From Ginglymostoma cirratum (lineage: Eukaryota): 64,000 bases of DNA. Positions 26,758 through 37,998 of the stretch are shown piece after piece. The position numbers were made by a program, and so were the translations under genes. The notes under the pieces were generated by a model. That model worked only from the letters and a program-made list of their open reading frames with translations, did no database searches and was not told the origin of the DNA. The stretch is from the NCBI GenBank assembly GCA_024137785.1, contig JAHRHZ010000145.1, positions 35,729,435 through 35,793,434 of the forward strand, read 5' to 3'. Every line of letters begins with the position of its first letter. Position 1 is the first letter of the stretch.

Positions 26758-27118
26758 AGTGGAGGTGGTGGTGTAGTGATAGTGTCTCTGACCTACTAAT
26801 CTGCAGCTTTTTTTTTTTTTAATGCCAATACTCTTGAAACATGGGTTCAAATCCCATCATAGCAGATGGTGAAAGTTGAATTCAACCGAAATCTGGAGCT
26901 AAAAGCTGGCCTAATGGTGTCTATGTGTCAATGGTCATAAAAACCCATCTGGTTTACTGACGTCTTTCGGGGTAGGGAGTCTGCCATCTTTGTGATCTGA
27001 CCTACATGTGACTGTAGACCCTCAGAAATGTGGTTTGCTCTTAACTACAGAAATGGTCTATTGAGACTAAACAAATATCAGCCTTACAGTGACACCCGCA
27101 TGCCATGAAGGAATAAAA
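26758..27118 (+). mobile_element. tRNA-derived SINE (Deu-domain / SacSINE1-like)
   Basis: Pol III A box tggtgtagtgat, B box ggttcaaatccc, central ctggtttactga...cctacatgtgactgtagaccc, A-rich end. Confidence 0.75.
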
Positions 27119-27598
27119 TGAGAAAAGCCTTGATTAAGGCTATTTGGCCGTCTTCTTTTAAAACTTCAATTGTTTTGTTAAAGACTTAAATACCACAGGA
27201 AACACCAGACTGTAATTGTAGGGCTTCAGTGCAATTTACTCTGTGTTGGCTATAATGTCAATTTTGTGTTCTTTCTTCTGTTTGTCTGCCATTTATATAG
27301 TTCTTTTTTAATGTGCTTGTCTCTGCCCCACAATTTTTTTGCTGCCACAGTTCCCATTGTTTTTATGGGGCGCTGCTTTCTGCCCTTGCTTCCTTTACAT
27401 AGACAGCAGATTTTTGTGATACACATACTCTATTTATGTTTCAGCTCCAATATTTCAAATTATATGTAGTCTACTAGTTTATTGAGTTTAAGTCTGACAC
27501 ATTTACGCTTATTACTCACAAAGTTAGAATTTGTTAACAAGATCAACTTGGAACAATTTTTTTTGATGAAATTGCATTTCTTTTTAAAACACGTTTAG

Positions 27599-27787
27599 AT
27601 CTGAAGGTTACATGGTATAGTAAGCAGAAGGAGATCAAACAATCACGGTTCTTCAAGATGGTTCAGTTTGAAGATACTTATCAGCTGGAAATTGCTGAAG
27701 TCTACCCGGAGGATGAAGGAATCTATAAATGTGTGGCATCCAACTCTGCTGGCGAAGTGTCATGTACTGCAAACTTAAAACTGGAAG
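27599..27787 (+). CDS. TTN: Titin exon, C-terminal part of Ig I15 (human exon 44 equivalent)
   Basis: ttag/gtaagt, 189 nt; DLKVTWYSKQKEIKQSRFFKMVQFEDTYQLEIAEVYPEDEG. Absent from the ORF track. Confidence 0.95.
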
Positions 27788-28492
27788 GTAAGTTAGCTTA
27801 AATCACTATGTTTGGCTTTACATTGCTACATTTGTCATTATTTTCACACATCTGTTTTCCTGGTATGAACTCTGAAGCATTCTTCTGCCTGCAGTTGTTC
27901 TCGCTGTTTTGACATTGCCTGCGTCATTCATTTCTAAACATCGTCACAATTCGGCCAGCAACTGTGTTCACTTCTCGGGACAGCATGTGCATTTTGTGCT
28001 TGTACTGCTGAACACCATTTGTTGAAGCATTTTCATCAGCTTTAGACCTCATCAAGCAACTCACCTAGTCTGCACATCTTTTCATATCTATTGTATCTCA
28101 TGGCCAGTTCTTTCATCCACCTCTGAAGTAAACAATAGAGGCCATCTTATGTGCACTGTGGAATTCCACCATAACACAATCATCCTTTATCATTAAATAC
28201 GTTTATTTTGTTTAAAGGATCGTAATGTGTTACAACTGTAAATTATATAAGGAATAAAGTTTTTTTTATTTAATCATTCTGTTTGGATTTTTGATTAAGG
28301 TTAGGTCTTCTCTTGCAGTGGTTTCAATTTTAAGATTTTTCCAGAGAACTAAAAAATAAGATGAAAGTTTTTATCAAATGCACCTAAGTAATTCAAACAT
28401 AGAAGGACTTTTTTTTAAATGTTGCACGTCTGTGCTTTGGCTTTTCGTTTGTAATGCCAGTCATACAGTTCAAACCCTGATTTCCTTTCCAG

Positions 28493-28840
28493 GATATAAA
28501 AAGGTTGATTACATCAAAGACTCAGTATCTTATGTATGTCCTCGTTTGGTTCTTCTGAAGGAGCATCATAAAAAATTGCCTACTTTTATTAACAGCGTTT
28601 TAAGTAGGCAAGTACACAATAGGGCAGCGATCAAATTTTATGTGATAGTTTCTGGTGTCCCCAAATCAGAGACCTTAGGACTGCATAATGGACAGTTAAT
28701 GAAGCCAAGAAAAGTCCTGGTACTTCATTTTGATAATTCTGAGAACGATGCCACCCTTTTATTGATGCAAGAATAAAATTAGGATAGTGTTAACTGATTC
28801 AGCAATTTCAGCAAAGTACAGTTCAATAACTGCACACAAA
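28493..28840 (+). pseudogene. TTN: Decayed novex-1 (exon 45-like) pseudo-exon of titin
   Basis: Good acceptor tttcctttccag in phase 1. LPTFINSVLSRQVHNRAAIKFYVIVSGVPKSETLGLHNGQLMKPRKVLVLHFD resembles the human novex-1 Ig, but the core Trp is lost, there is a frameshift near 28760, a TAA at 28774-28776, and no clear donor. Confidence 0.75.
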
Positions 28841-29325
28841 ATAAATGATGCTGCTGAAAAATCTAGTGCTACTACATGTACAATAATTGAAGTTCAAACA
28901 ATTTATCCTCCATCTGCGACTTGCTGTGCTACTTTTGATGGCATATTTTATCCTTGATTTTTTTCTATTCCTCTTTGGTTTCACACGTCCTATAACTTCA
29001 TGTTTCTAAAATCTGATCACTTTTATGCACCACTTAAAAAACCTTTCATCTTCATTTATATAGATGCATTCATCTTCATCTTGAGAATTTGCAAGAGAAG
29101 AACTAAATCTTCATTTTTTTCCATGAATGCTGTTTTCTCCTATAGAATGTAGCAGATGTTATTGAGGAAAAGGACATGGGAGTTTTCCTCAATCAAGTGA
29201 ATTGCACTTCTTTAGCATGTGGCTCGCATGCTGGGTTGCCCTTTGGACAACATGAGCTGTTGCTTTTGTTATTTTGCCAGTCATGATTTAATATCATGAT
29301 TAATATTTTGTCTTTTGTTACTCAG

Positions 29326-30198
29326 ATTACAAAGTGCAAAGCATAGATAGTCAGAGCATAACAACTTCTGGAAAAGCTGTAGACGAATCCATCGTTTCAA
29401 AGACTTTTGAAGTATCAAAAATGCATGTGGAGTCCCCTGTGACCATAAAGCATACAAAGAACTATGCAAAAGAAATCAGTTCACAGCAAGAACATACATA
29501 CAGTGTTCAGATGTTTGAAAGTGTTTCCATGAGTTCATCGAGCAAGACCGTTTCTTCTGAAAGATGGGAAGAAAGCCAAAAAATTGCCAAGACAGAAACA
29601 ATCAGAAGTGGCTGCCAATGTCCACCAAAAATTCTGCAAGATATGGATAATGTCACAGTTTTGTTAGGTGAAACGGCATCTCTAAAATGTCAAGTCTTAG
29701 CATTCCCAAGACCTGAAATAAAATGGTACAGAGAAGACCAAGAACTTGTGGAAGTTAAGAGATTAAAAATTGTCACTATAACAGAGGATGAAGTCTTGAC
29801 GTCATCAGAATTAATTATACGAGAAGTTCAAGAAAAAGACACAGGGACCTATAGATGTAAAGCTTTAAATCTTTATGGTGAGGTTAAATGTGAAGCTGAA
29901 ATAACTGTTACTGCCCTTGAGGTTCCCAGGATTCTGCTTGAACTTAGTGATCTGAGGGTGAAAGCTGGTCAGGTGGCACAATTCATCTGTTCTTTTAGTG
30001 GGCAATCTTTCTCAGAGGTCATTTGGAGTCACAGAAGCAAAAGACTGCGAGAATCAGAAAGACTGAAGATTTCTCAGAATGGAAATGTCATGTCACTCAC
30101 AATCCTTAATGTGCATTTAGAAGATCAGGGACAGTACAGCTGTACTGCAAGAAATGAAGGTGGTGAAATGAAGACTACAGCTATACTAATAGTTGAAG
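29326..30198 (+). CDS. TTN: Titin novex-2-like exon (unique sequence plus two Ig domains)
   Basis: ctcag acceptor, gtggtt donor, 873 nt, phase 1-1; VQSIDSQS, YSVQMFESVSMSS and ESERLKISQNGN match human novex-2 motifs as recalled. Confidence 0.9.
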
Positions 30199-30498
30199 GT
30201 GGTTGTTTCTAATTTTATTTACAATCAAAATCCTGATCTATCCACTTCATTGTTTCGTTTCCAAAATAAGTCTAGTATCATGTTAAGAAGATCCTAAATT
30301 TACCATTTAATAGTAAAATATTGAGTTAAACATGTTTAGTTAGTGATTTATATAAAACTTAACACTAGATATTTCATCACACCAATCTGCATGTGTTATT
30401 CAAAACACTGAGTCTTGCTGTTATAAAATTGTACAAATATTTACTTTGCTGAAATTGATAAGACAGTTAACATTTATCCTAATTTTATTCTTGCATAG

Positions 30499-31014
30499 CT
30501 GAAGAATCAAAACCCAAAACAGGTGCAAAAATTCCCACTGATAGCAATTCAGATAGCACTAAAACTGAACAAAGACCACATATTGCATCTGATAGCAAAC
30601 TAGAAGTACTAACGAAGCCATCAAGTCCACCACCATCTTCAACAAAAAGGCCAATTCAAAGAGAGAAGCCAAGGAGCCATGATTATTATCCTGACATAGT
30701 GCCCTTCGATGAGCTGATAGACACTGGAGCCATAGCACCGACTTTCTTAGAAAAGTTGCCACCAGAAGTCATTGTACAAAGCGGAGAAGATGTTTTACTG
30801 TTTTGCCTTGTAAAAGGTGTACCATCACCCTGTGTACTTTGGCTGTACAACCAACGCATAGTTGAAGAATCTTCATTGTGTTCCATTAAACATGATGGGT
30901 TGCTATGCAGTTTAAAGTTACAGAAAGTCAGCCAGAGTCACAGTGGCACTTATTCATGCAAAGCGGTTAACTCTGCTGGAGAAACAGCGTGCAACACACT
31001 ACTTAGAGTGACAG
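30499..31014 (+). CDS. TTN: Additional titin exon (Ser/Pro/Lys-rich linker plus one Ig) between novex-2 and the exon-47 homolog
   Basis: gcatag acceptor, gttggc donor, 516 nt open in phase 1-1; APTFLEKLPPEVIVQSGEDVLLFCLVKGVPSPCVLWLYN...SGTYSCKAVNSAGE. Confidence 0.88.
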
Positions 31015-31446
31015 GTTGGCAATTGCATGCTTTGGTCCTTCCCAATGTGACTCTATCATGCATCTCAGCACATCTCATTGAAAGATTCTTTGCAGAAAGT
31101 CATCTTTTGACCTGTGGATTATTGCATTTCTTTTTTCCTGAAATCAGAATAGGCATGTTGAGGCATGTTTGATGGTTTGATACAGAACAAAATGGAAAAT
31201 GAACTTTTTTTTTGTAAAATCCTGGATGGTCTGAATTCACTTTGTAAATCGACCAGTTGCCTGGTACAGCCTTCTGGAAATCATAATTAGCAACTACACT
31301 TTAATGGTTTTGCATGTATGTTTCGGATGTCTTTGCATATTCCATGTATTCCTGCTTTCATTTTCTTACTTTGCATTTTTAATATAAGAATGGAAAATAG
31401 TATTTTATTCTTGCTATGATATTCAATATTATTCATTTCCATGCAG

Positions 31447-31497
31447 CTCCAAAGATTCAAGACAAAATTGAACAGCAAATAGAAATGGAAGTGAGAG
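31447..31497 (+). CDS. TTN: Titin micro-exon (human exon 47 equivalent)
   Basis: tgcag/gtaata, 51 nt; APKIQDKIEQQIEMEVR versus recalled human APESILHERIEQEIEMEMK. Confidence 0.9.
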
Positions 31498-32740
31498 GTA
31501 ATATTTTTATCATTATTCGATAAAAATTTCTTGAATTTTATATCAATTTTAAGTTCCAATTACTGCCCTGTATGCATTGGTATTTTGCCATCATAGTAAG
31601 TTGTGTTGCATTGCAAAATATCAAAATCGCATGTTATCTGTTTCTATCTGATTTGTTCACAAGTCTGGTTTGTTGTCATCATTTTCATATTGGTGTAAAT
31701 AAAATAATCCTTTAACCTCAATATTTATTTTACAGGCAACTTTACTTTTTTAACATGTATTAGTTCCTCACAATTCAGTCGAATTTCAATTTTGAATTGC
31801 TTATAATCGTAATTGATATGCTGCAACAGGAACATATAGAGATGCATTTTAGATTCTATTAAGAAGTATATAATGAGGTGTTTAAATCAATTGTCAATTA
31901 TTTGCCATTTCATAATTGAATGCTAGACGTATATATTTATTTTATGATTACTAGAATCAGTACTTCTGTTTGCATCGTGCATTTCTGCGTTTCCATTAAG
32001 GTTTACCATACTAATTGCATCTGGTATTTAGGAGGACTTGTAGGGTGCATTTTGCTAAAGAAACTTGGTCAGGGTATTTTTCATTTTTGTGTCTAGTTTT
32101 TCCATTTACATGACATCAGTCTATCTTCATGTATTCACACTGGCTTGCAGATAGCAGTATGTGTTCATGTACGCTGGCATTTTTGCGTAACATTGTGAAT
32201 CTAGCAACTATATTAGTTCGAATAAACGCCTTCTCATGCAAATTAGAAGGATTACTGTTACGGATAAATTTATTTCCTTCTATTTATTAAAATTTTTAAA
32301 TTATTTACCAAACTTGCTATACAATTTACCTATGCTGCAAGGATCAGAAAGGGCGTTTATTCTGCTGTCTGCAAGTCAGGTAAGAGCTTGTAATAATCTA
32401 GCTATCCCCCAATCATTATAGGGACAGATTTTACATTGCAAAACAAAACAAAATTCTGTCATGAGATCACTTTATGTTTCTTTGAAAACATATACTCTAA
32501 TGATTTTTGAGAAGAAATTGCTACAGTCTGAAGAAGGAACAAAGAACGAGCGATTTTCCTGCTCAGAATCTTTAAAAAAGAAAATGGTCTTGCGTTTATT
32601 CGAACAAATATGGTGAGTGAATTTTTATAGTACTTGTGAAAAAGCTTATGGATTACATTCATCATTTCATTGTATTACAGATTTGTGCTGAATTTAATTC
32701 TTATAATGTTTGAACTGAAACTTCATGCTTTTTTTTGCAG

Positions 32741-35700
32741 AATTATTTTTTGATGACGGGAGAGAACATTTGGAGAACAGAGAAAATATGCGGGAAGCGT
32801 TTTCTGATGCTGAAGATTATTTAGATCAGGGACTTGTTTCTGCTGATCGTTGTGCAAGCAGAACATCTTCTATAAGTTCCTGGTCTGAGAATTTCAGGCC
32901 ATCTTTTACTGAAAAGCTAAAATTCAAATCTGTAATGGAAGGAGAGCAAGCTATTTTTAGATGCAAACTTGTTGCCAGTCCTGCACCAAAGGTTGCATGG
33001 TTTCATAACAACAGACCCGTACATAAAGATTCAAGAAGGATTATTAAAATAGATAGCGCGATGCACATTCACAACTCAAGTTTGGAAATCAATAATGTAG
33101 AAGAGAAAGATTCAGGAAGTTACAGAATATTTGCAATAAACTCTGAGGGTTCAGCAGAAGCAACTGCATCTTTACTTGTTGCCCTTAAAGAAGAGCAAAA
33201 TGCAAATTATATCAGTTTTGTGAAAAGATCAGAAATGGCTCACAAGAGCATAGACTCTTTAGTTAAAAAACGTAATGCAAGACTTAGAGTTGATCTCCGA
33301 CATGTTGGATCTCCTTTTGATAAGAAATATCAGGTTCCAGGAATTTTGCATAAACAGCCAAATTCTAAAAGCAAACTGATGCGTACAATGTATTTTGAAA
33401 GAATGCCAATAAAACATGATCTGTTTAGTGATGATTCTGTAGAAATGCAGTCATCTAGGTTGTATGGGAGGATTCACAGCAAGGATAGTTTGATTGATGA
33501 AGACATTAAAATTAAATTACAGCTTTTACGAGAAGCTAAAAGGAGGAAAAGGTTTTCTCTTGCATTTTCTGAAGCATCATTTGACTTGGGCACAGCATCA
33601 ACTGAAGGCAATATGAAGTACAATTATGCTGACTTAGACAGAGGGCGCAGCAGAAGCATGGGGGACCTTGACCACATGGATTTTGATTGTTGTCAGCCTT
33701 ATTTTGTGCAAGGACATGAATTGTCATCTGGTAAATATTTGCAGAGAGAATATCCTGAATTTAAATATCGAATGGAATGGATATTAGGACTTCCTTCACA
33801 TGAAGTAGAACCTCAGAGAGCCCCTGAAGACAATATTATTGAGCAATCTTACAGAACAAAAGATATACATTCATTAAAAGAGCAAGTTCTGAAAGATAAT
33901 TTAACTCAAGAGACAGAACAGTCACAGAAAAATCAACACTGGCTAGAAGAACAAGAAACTGATGAATACTATTTTCAGAAAGAATATGATACAAGAAAAG
34001 AACTAGAGAGTGAACATTGTGAAGAACCACAGGCGCCGTCTAACCAATGGTTTGGATCCACCTCTGGTAAGCAGAGGACTTCACTAACTAAAGGGAAAGG
34101 AGTTATGCTTGAACCTTCCAAGTTTGAAGAAACAAAGTTACTTAAAGAAATACCACAATCTGAAGACAGTGATTGTACGGAAATGCTATTGAAGAAAGAA
34201 TTCCCAACATTCACCAGAACACTGATAAAACAAATTCCTGTGCCATTAAAGAAATATCCAAGTAAGTCTGACTTCAAGGAAGACCATGACTTACTTTCTG
34301 CTAAGTGGTCTGAAAGTTTAATGAGTATGCAGAGTTCACCAGCAAAGGAGACTGAAACTGACCAGTCAATGGTTGATGGTTCCAAAGCAACTGAAGTCAA
34401 TGTATCCAGGTTTGATGAAAAAGCTGAGATAATGAGAGAACGTACACAAAAGCCAAAGCCTTCTCCCTTAGAGGAAGAAGAAATCGCAACCATTTTCAGA
34501 GCAGCATTAGAAGATAACACGTTAGGAAGAAGCAAAACATGTCAAGTTGAAATCAAAGAACATCCAAATGCATTTCAAGACCAAAGGGCTGGGAATGTGT
34601 CAGTAAAACAAACATCTGGATTTGACCATATAACCTTTGATCAAATGAAACCAGTATCCAAGGATAGTGTGACAAGTATCTCTAAAGTCCACCATGAAGC
34701 CATACAATATGAAAATCAAGTTAAAGATTATACCCATATGATGACATCCTCTATTTTACCAGAGCAAAAAGCAACCTCAGGTTTTATCAGTTCTTTGGTG
34801 AAAGAAATACCAGAAGAAGTAAAAGATACTTCTTATAAATCCAGTAAGGTAGACCATGAGACACCTCTGGGACAACAGCCTGAGAGATTCATTCATGTAC
34901 AGAGAGATTTACCAACTCAGAGACCTGAGAGCCATCATATAATGTCTGATCAATCTGAATCATCAGTTAGCCAGGAAGAGATAATTAGTACACCCCAAAT
35001 CAAGCAAAATAAAACACAAGGTGAAGGACAGTTTATATTTTCCATCCATTCTTTGAGACATTCTCCCTTGACAGCAAAAACCAGAGAGAGTGCAACTTTT
35101 GCCAGAACAGTGATAAAACAAAAGCCAATGGAAACAAAAGACTTTCCAAATGAATTTAATGTTAAAGAAGAAAGTGAGCCAATTTCTGATAAAAGGCTTG
35201 AAAGTATTAATCATGCAGAGGAAGACACTCCAGCAGTAACATCTGAAGATATCCATGCAATCCAAATGCCTGGTCAATTTAGATCAACAGTAAATTTAGA
35301 TCAACAGTACAGAAAACATACAGAGGTGATTGGTGCATCTAAACTCAGCCAAAAAGAACAGTATGAAAGCAAGGTTAAAGACTTCACTTCAACGCCGAAC
35401 CCTTATAAATTTAACAAAGAAGAACACTCAACATTTGTCAGTTCATCAACAAGTGAAACAGCAGTAGAAGCAAAAGAATTTCGTTATGAATCCGAAGTTG
35501 AGGAGAGTGGCACAAAACCTCCAGATCAATTTGTTGGAGATTTTGTTAGTATGATGAGAGAGTTTGGAACAGAGCTATCTCCAGCTGCCCATCCTGCACC
35601 CGACAGAGATTTTGTAACAGAAATATCTAAAGATGTCCATGTTGTACCTAACGGAGATTTTGTGGCAGAGGTATCTGAAGATGTCCATGGAATACCTACT

Positions 35701-37888
35701 CGGGATTTTGTAACAGAAATATCTGCAGATGCCTATATTGTGCACAACAAAGATCTTCTGGCAGAAATATCCAAAGATTTCCATCCTGCAGCCGACAGAG
35801 ATTATGTAACAATAACATCTAAAGATGTCCATACAGTGCCCAATACAGATTTTGTAACAGAAATATCTAAAGATGTCCCTATGATACCTGACAGAGATTT
35901 TGTAACAAAAATATCTGCAGATGCCCATCCTGCACCCGACCAAGATTTTATAACAGAACAATCTAAAGATGTCTATGTTGTACCTGAAAGAGATTATGCA
36001 ACAGAAATATCTGAAGATGTCCAAACAATATCTGACAGAGATTTTGTAACAGAAATATCTAAAGATGTTCATGCTGTATCTGACAGAGATTTTGTAACAG
36101 AAATATCCAAAGAAGTCCATACAGTACCCGATAGAGATTTTGAAACAGAAATATCTGAAGATGTCCATACGATACCTGACAGAGATTTTGTAACAAAAAT
36201 ATCAGAAGATATCCATGCTGCATCTGACAGAGATTTTGTAATAGAAATATCTAAAGATGTCCATGCCGCATCTGACAGAGATTTTGTAACAGAATTATCT
36301 AAAGATGTTCATGCTGCATTTGACAGAAATTTTGTAACAGAAATATCTAAAGATGTTCATGCTATACCTGACAGAGATTTTGTAACAGAAGTATCCAAAG
36401 AAGTCCATACAGTACCCGATACAGATTTTGAAACAGAAATATCTGCAGATGCCCGTCCTGCACCCGACCAAGACTTTGTAACAGAAAAATCTAAAGACGT
36501 CTATATTGTACCTGAAAGAGATTATGTAACAGAAATATCTGAAGATGTCCAAACAATACCTGACAGAGATTTTGTAACAGAAATATCTAAAGACGTTCAT
36601 GGTGTACCTGATAGAGATTTTGTAACAGAAATATCTAAAGATGTCCATGCTGCATCTGACAGAGACTTTGTAACAGAAATATCTGCAGATGTCCATGCTG
36701 CACCGAACATCAATTTTGTAACGGAAGTATCTAAAGATGCCCAGCCTGTGCCTGACAGGTCAAAACCAATGGTAAAACAAATAGAGATAACCACCTTTTC
36801 TAAAGTCTCCCATAAAGAGTTACAACCTGCAGATACAACAGTAAGCACTGTTCAAGTAGTACATCCTTCTTCGCCAGATGGCAAACTTGAGCCAACCTCT
36901 TTTAGTTCATTGATAAGAGAAACAGCAATAGATACAAAAGAGCCTGGATATGGATTTGAACTTATGGAAGAACATGAAACAGATTTTGACCAGCAGTGTA
37001 CAGGTTTTGACCGTGTACAAAAGGATGTGCAGTTAGGGAAACCTGAAGAAGGTCATGAGCAAACCAAATTGGCAGAAAATCACATTGAAATAATAAGTGT
37101 AGCTAAAATCAAACAGAAAGAGCCACAATATGAAGCAAAGCTTGTGAGCTCCCCCTGGATGGTAAAGCCTTCTCCTTTACCAGAGGAAATGGAAACTTTA
37201 ACTTATGTCAGTGCATTGAAAAAGCCATCTCCAATTGGCAAAATAGGATCAGGTGACAAAGCAGAATTTAGGGAAAGCCATGAGACAGCTCTTGTCAGTG
37301 CTACCAGAATGCACAAAGACTTCCTGAAAGAAAATCAAGAAGACAGCCATGGAACATCTGATCAATCAACAGATGGAGAAACAGCAATGATTAGCACATC
37401 TGAAAGTATCCAGAAAGAATCACAACAAAAATGGAAAGTTGAAAATAACATCCAAACAGCAAAAATGCCTTCCTTAACTGAGGAAAACAAAACATCAGGT
37501 TTCATCAGTTCGTTCATGGAAGAGACACCAACAGAAGTACCAAGCAGCCAATATGAATTTGTAGCTACAAAAGGGCCTCTGAAACAAGAGACTCCTGCAG
37601 TCAAACATTGCCCACCTACGTTTTTCCATCATATTGCATCTTCTGAAATTAAGCAAGGAGAATCATGTGTGCTTGAGTGCCAGTTTTATGGGCACCCACT
37701 ACCGACTGTAGTTTGGTACAAGGATGAACGCCCAATTTCTCGAAATAGGGACTATCATATTCACTCCACAGAAAACAGCTCTACATTGAGTATTGGGTGC
37801 ACTTGCAAAGAACATGAAGGAGTATATGCATGTGTAATATTCAACCAATATGGAACTGCATCTACATTTGGGACCGTTGTAATACAAG
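32741..37888 (+). CDS. TTN: Titin novex-3, first part (two Ig domains plus a long repetitive unique region)
   Basis: ttttgcag acceptor, gtaaga donor, 5148 nt, phase 1-1; ELFF...AFSDAED...RPSFTEKLKFKSVMEGE...AINSEGSAE matches the start of novex-3. Confidence 0.93.
35590..36741 (+). repeat. Coding minisatellite: 24 x 48 bp (16 aa, consensus HxxPDRDFVTEISKDV) inside novex-3
   Basis: 24 indel-free units counted directly (24 x 48 = 1152 bp); recurring DNA core gacagagattttgtaacagaaatatctaaagatgtccat. Confidence 0.97.
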
Positions 37889-37998
37889 GTAAGATTCACC
37901 ATTCTTTACTGATGAATTTTTTAAAATTAAAGTATGTTGCAATTAGATATTTATGAATTAGGATTTTCAATTAAGATAAAATAACATTTATTTTCCAG

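Noticed and set aside
26761-26860. tRNA gene
   Set aside because: The A and B boxes belong to a SINE head interrupted by a poly-T run; no cloverleaf.
32340-32618. Two orphan consensus donors (CAG|GTAAGA at 32380, ATG|GTGAGT at 32613) upstream of novex-3, suggesting an internal first exon
   Set aside because: No in-frame coding path into 32741 from the 32613 site (TAA at 32573) and no promoter evidence I can support. Would need CAGE or 5' RACE.
35575-36696. Cys/Tyr/Phe-rich repetitive minus-strand ORFs (197 and 133 aa)
   Set aside because: Antisense shadows of the 48-bp coding minisatellite; no independent gene signals.
35590-36741. CRISPR-like appearance of the regular repeat
   Set aside because: Contiguous in-frame units without unique spacers, inside a vertebrate exon, and no cas genes.
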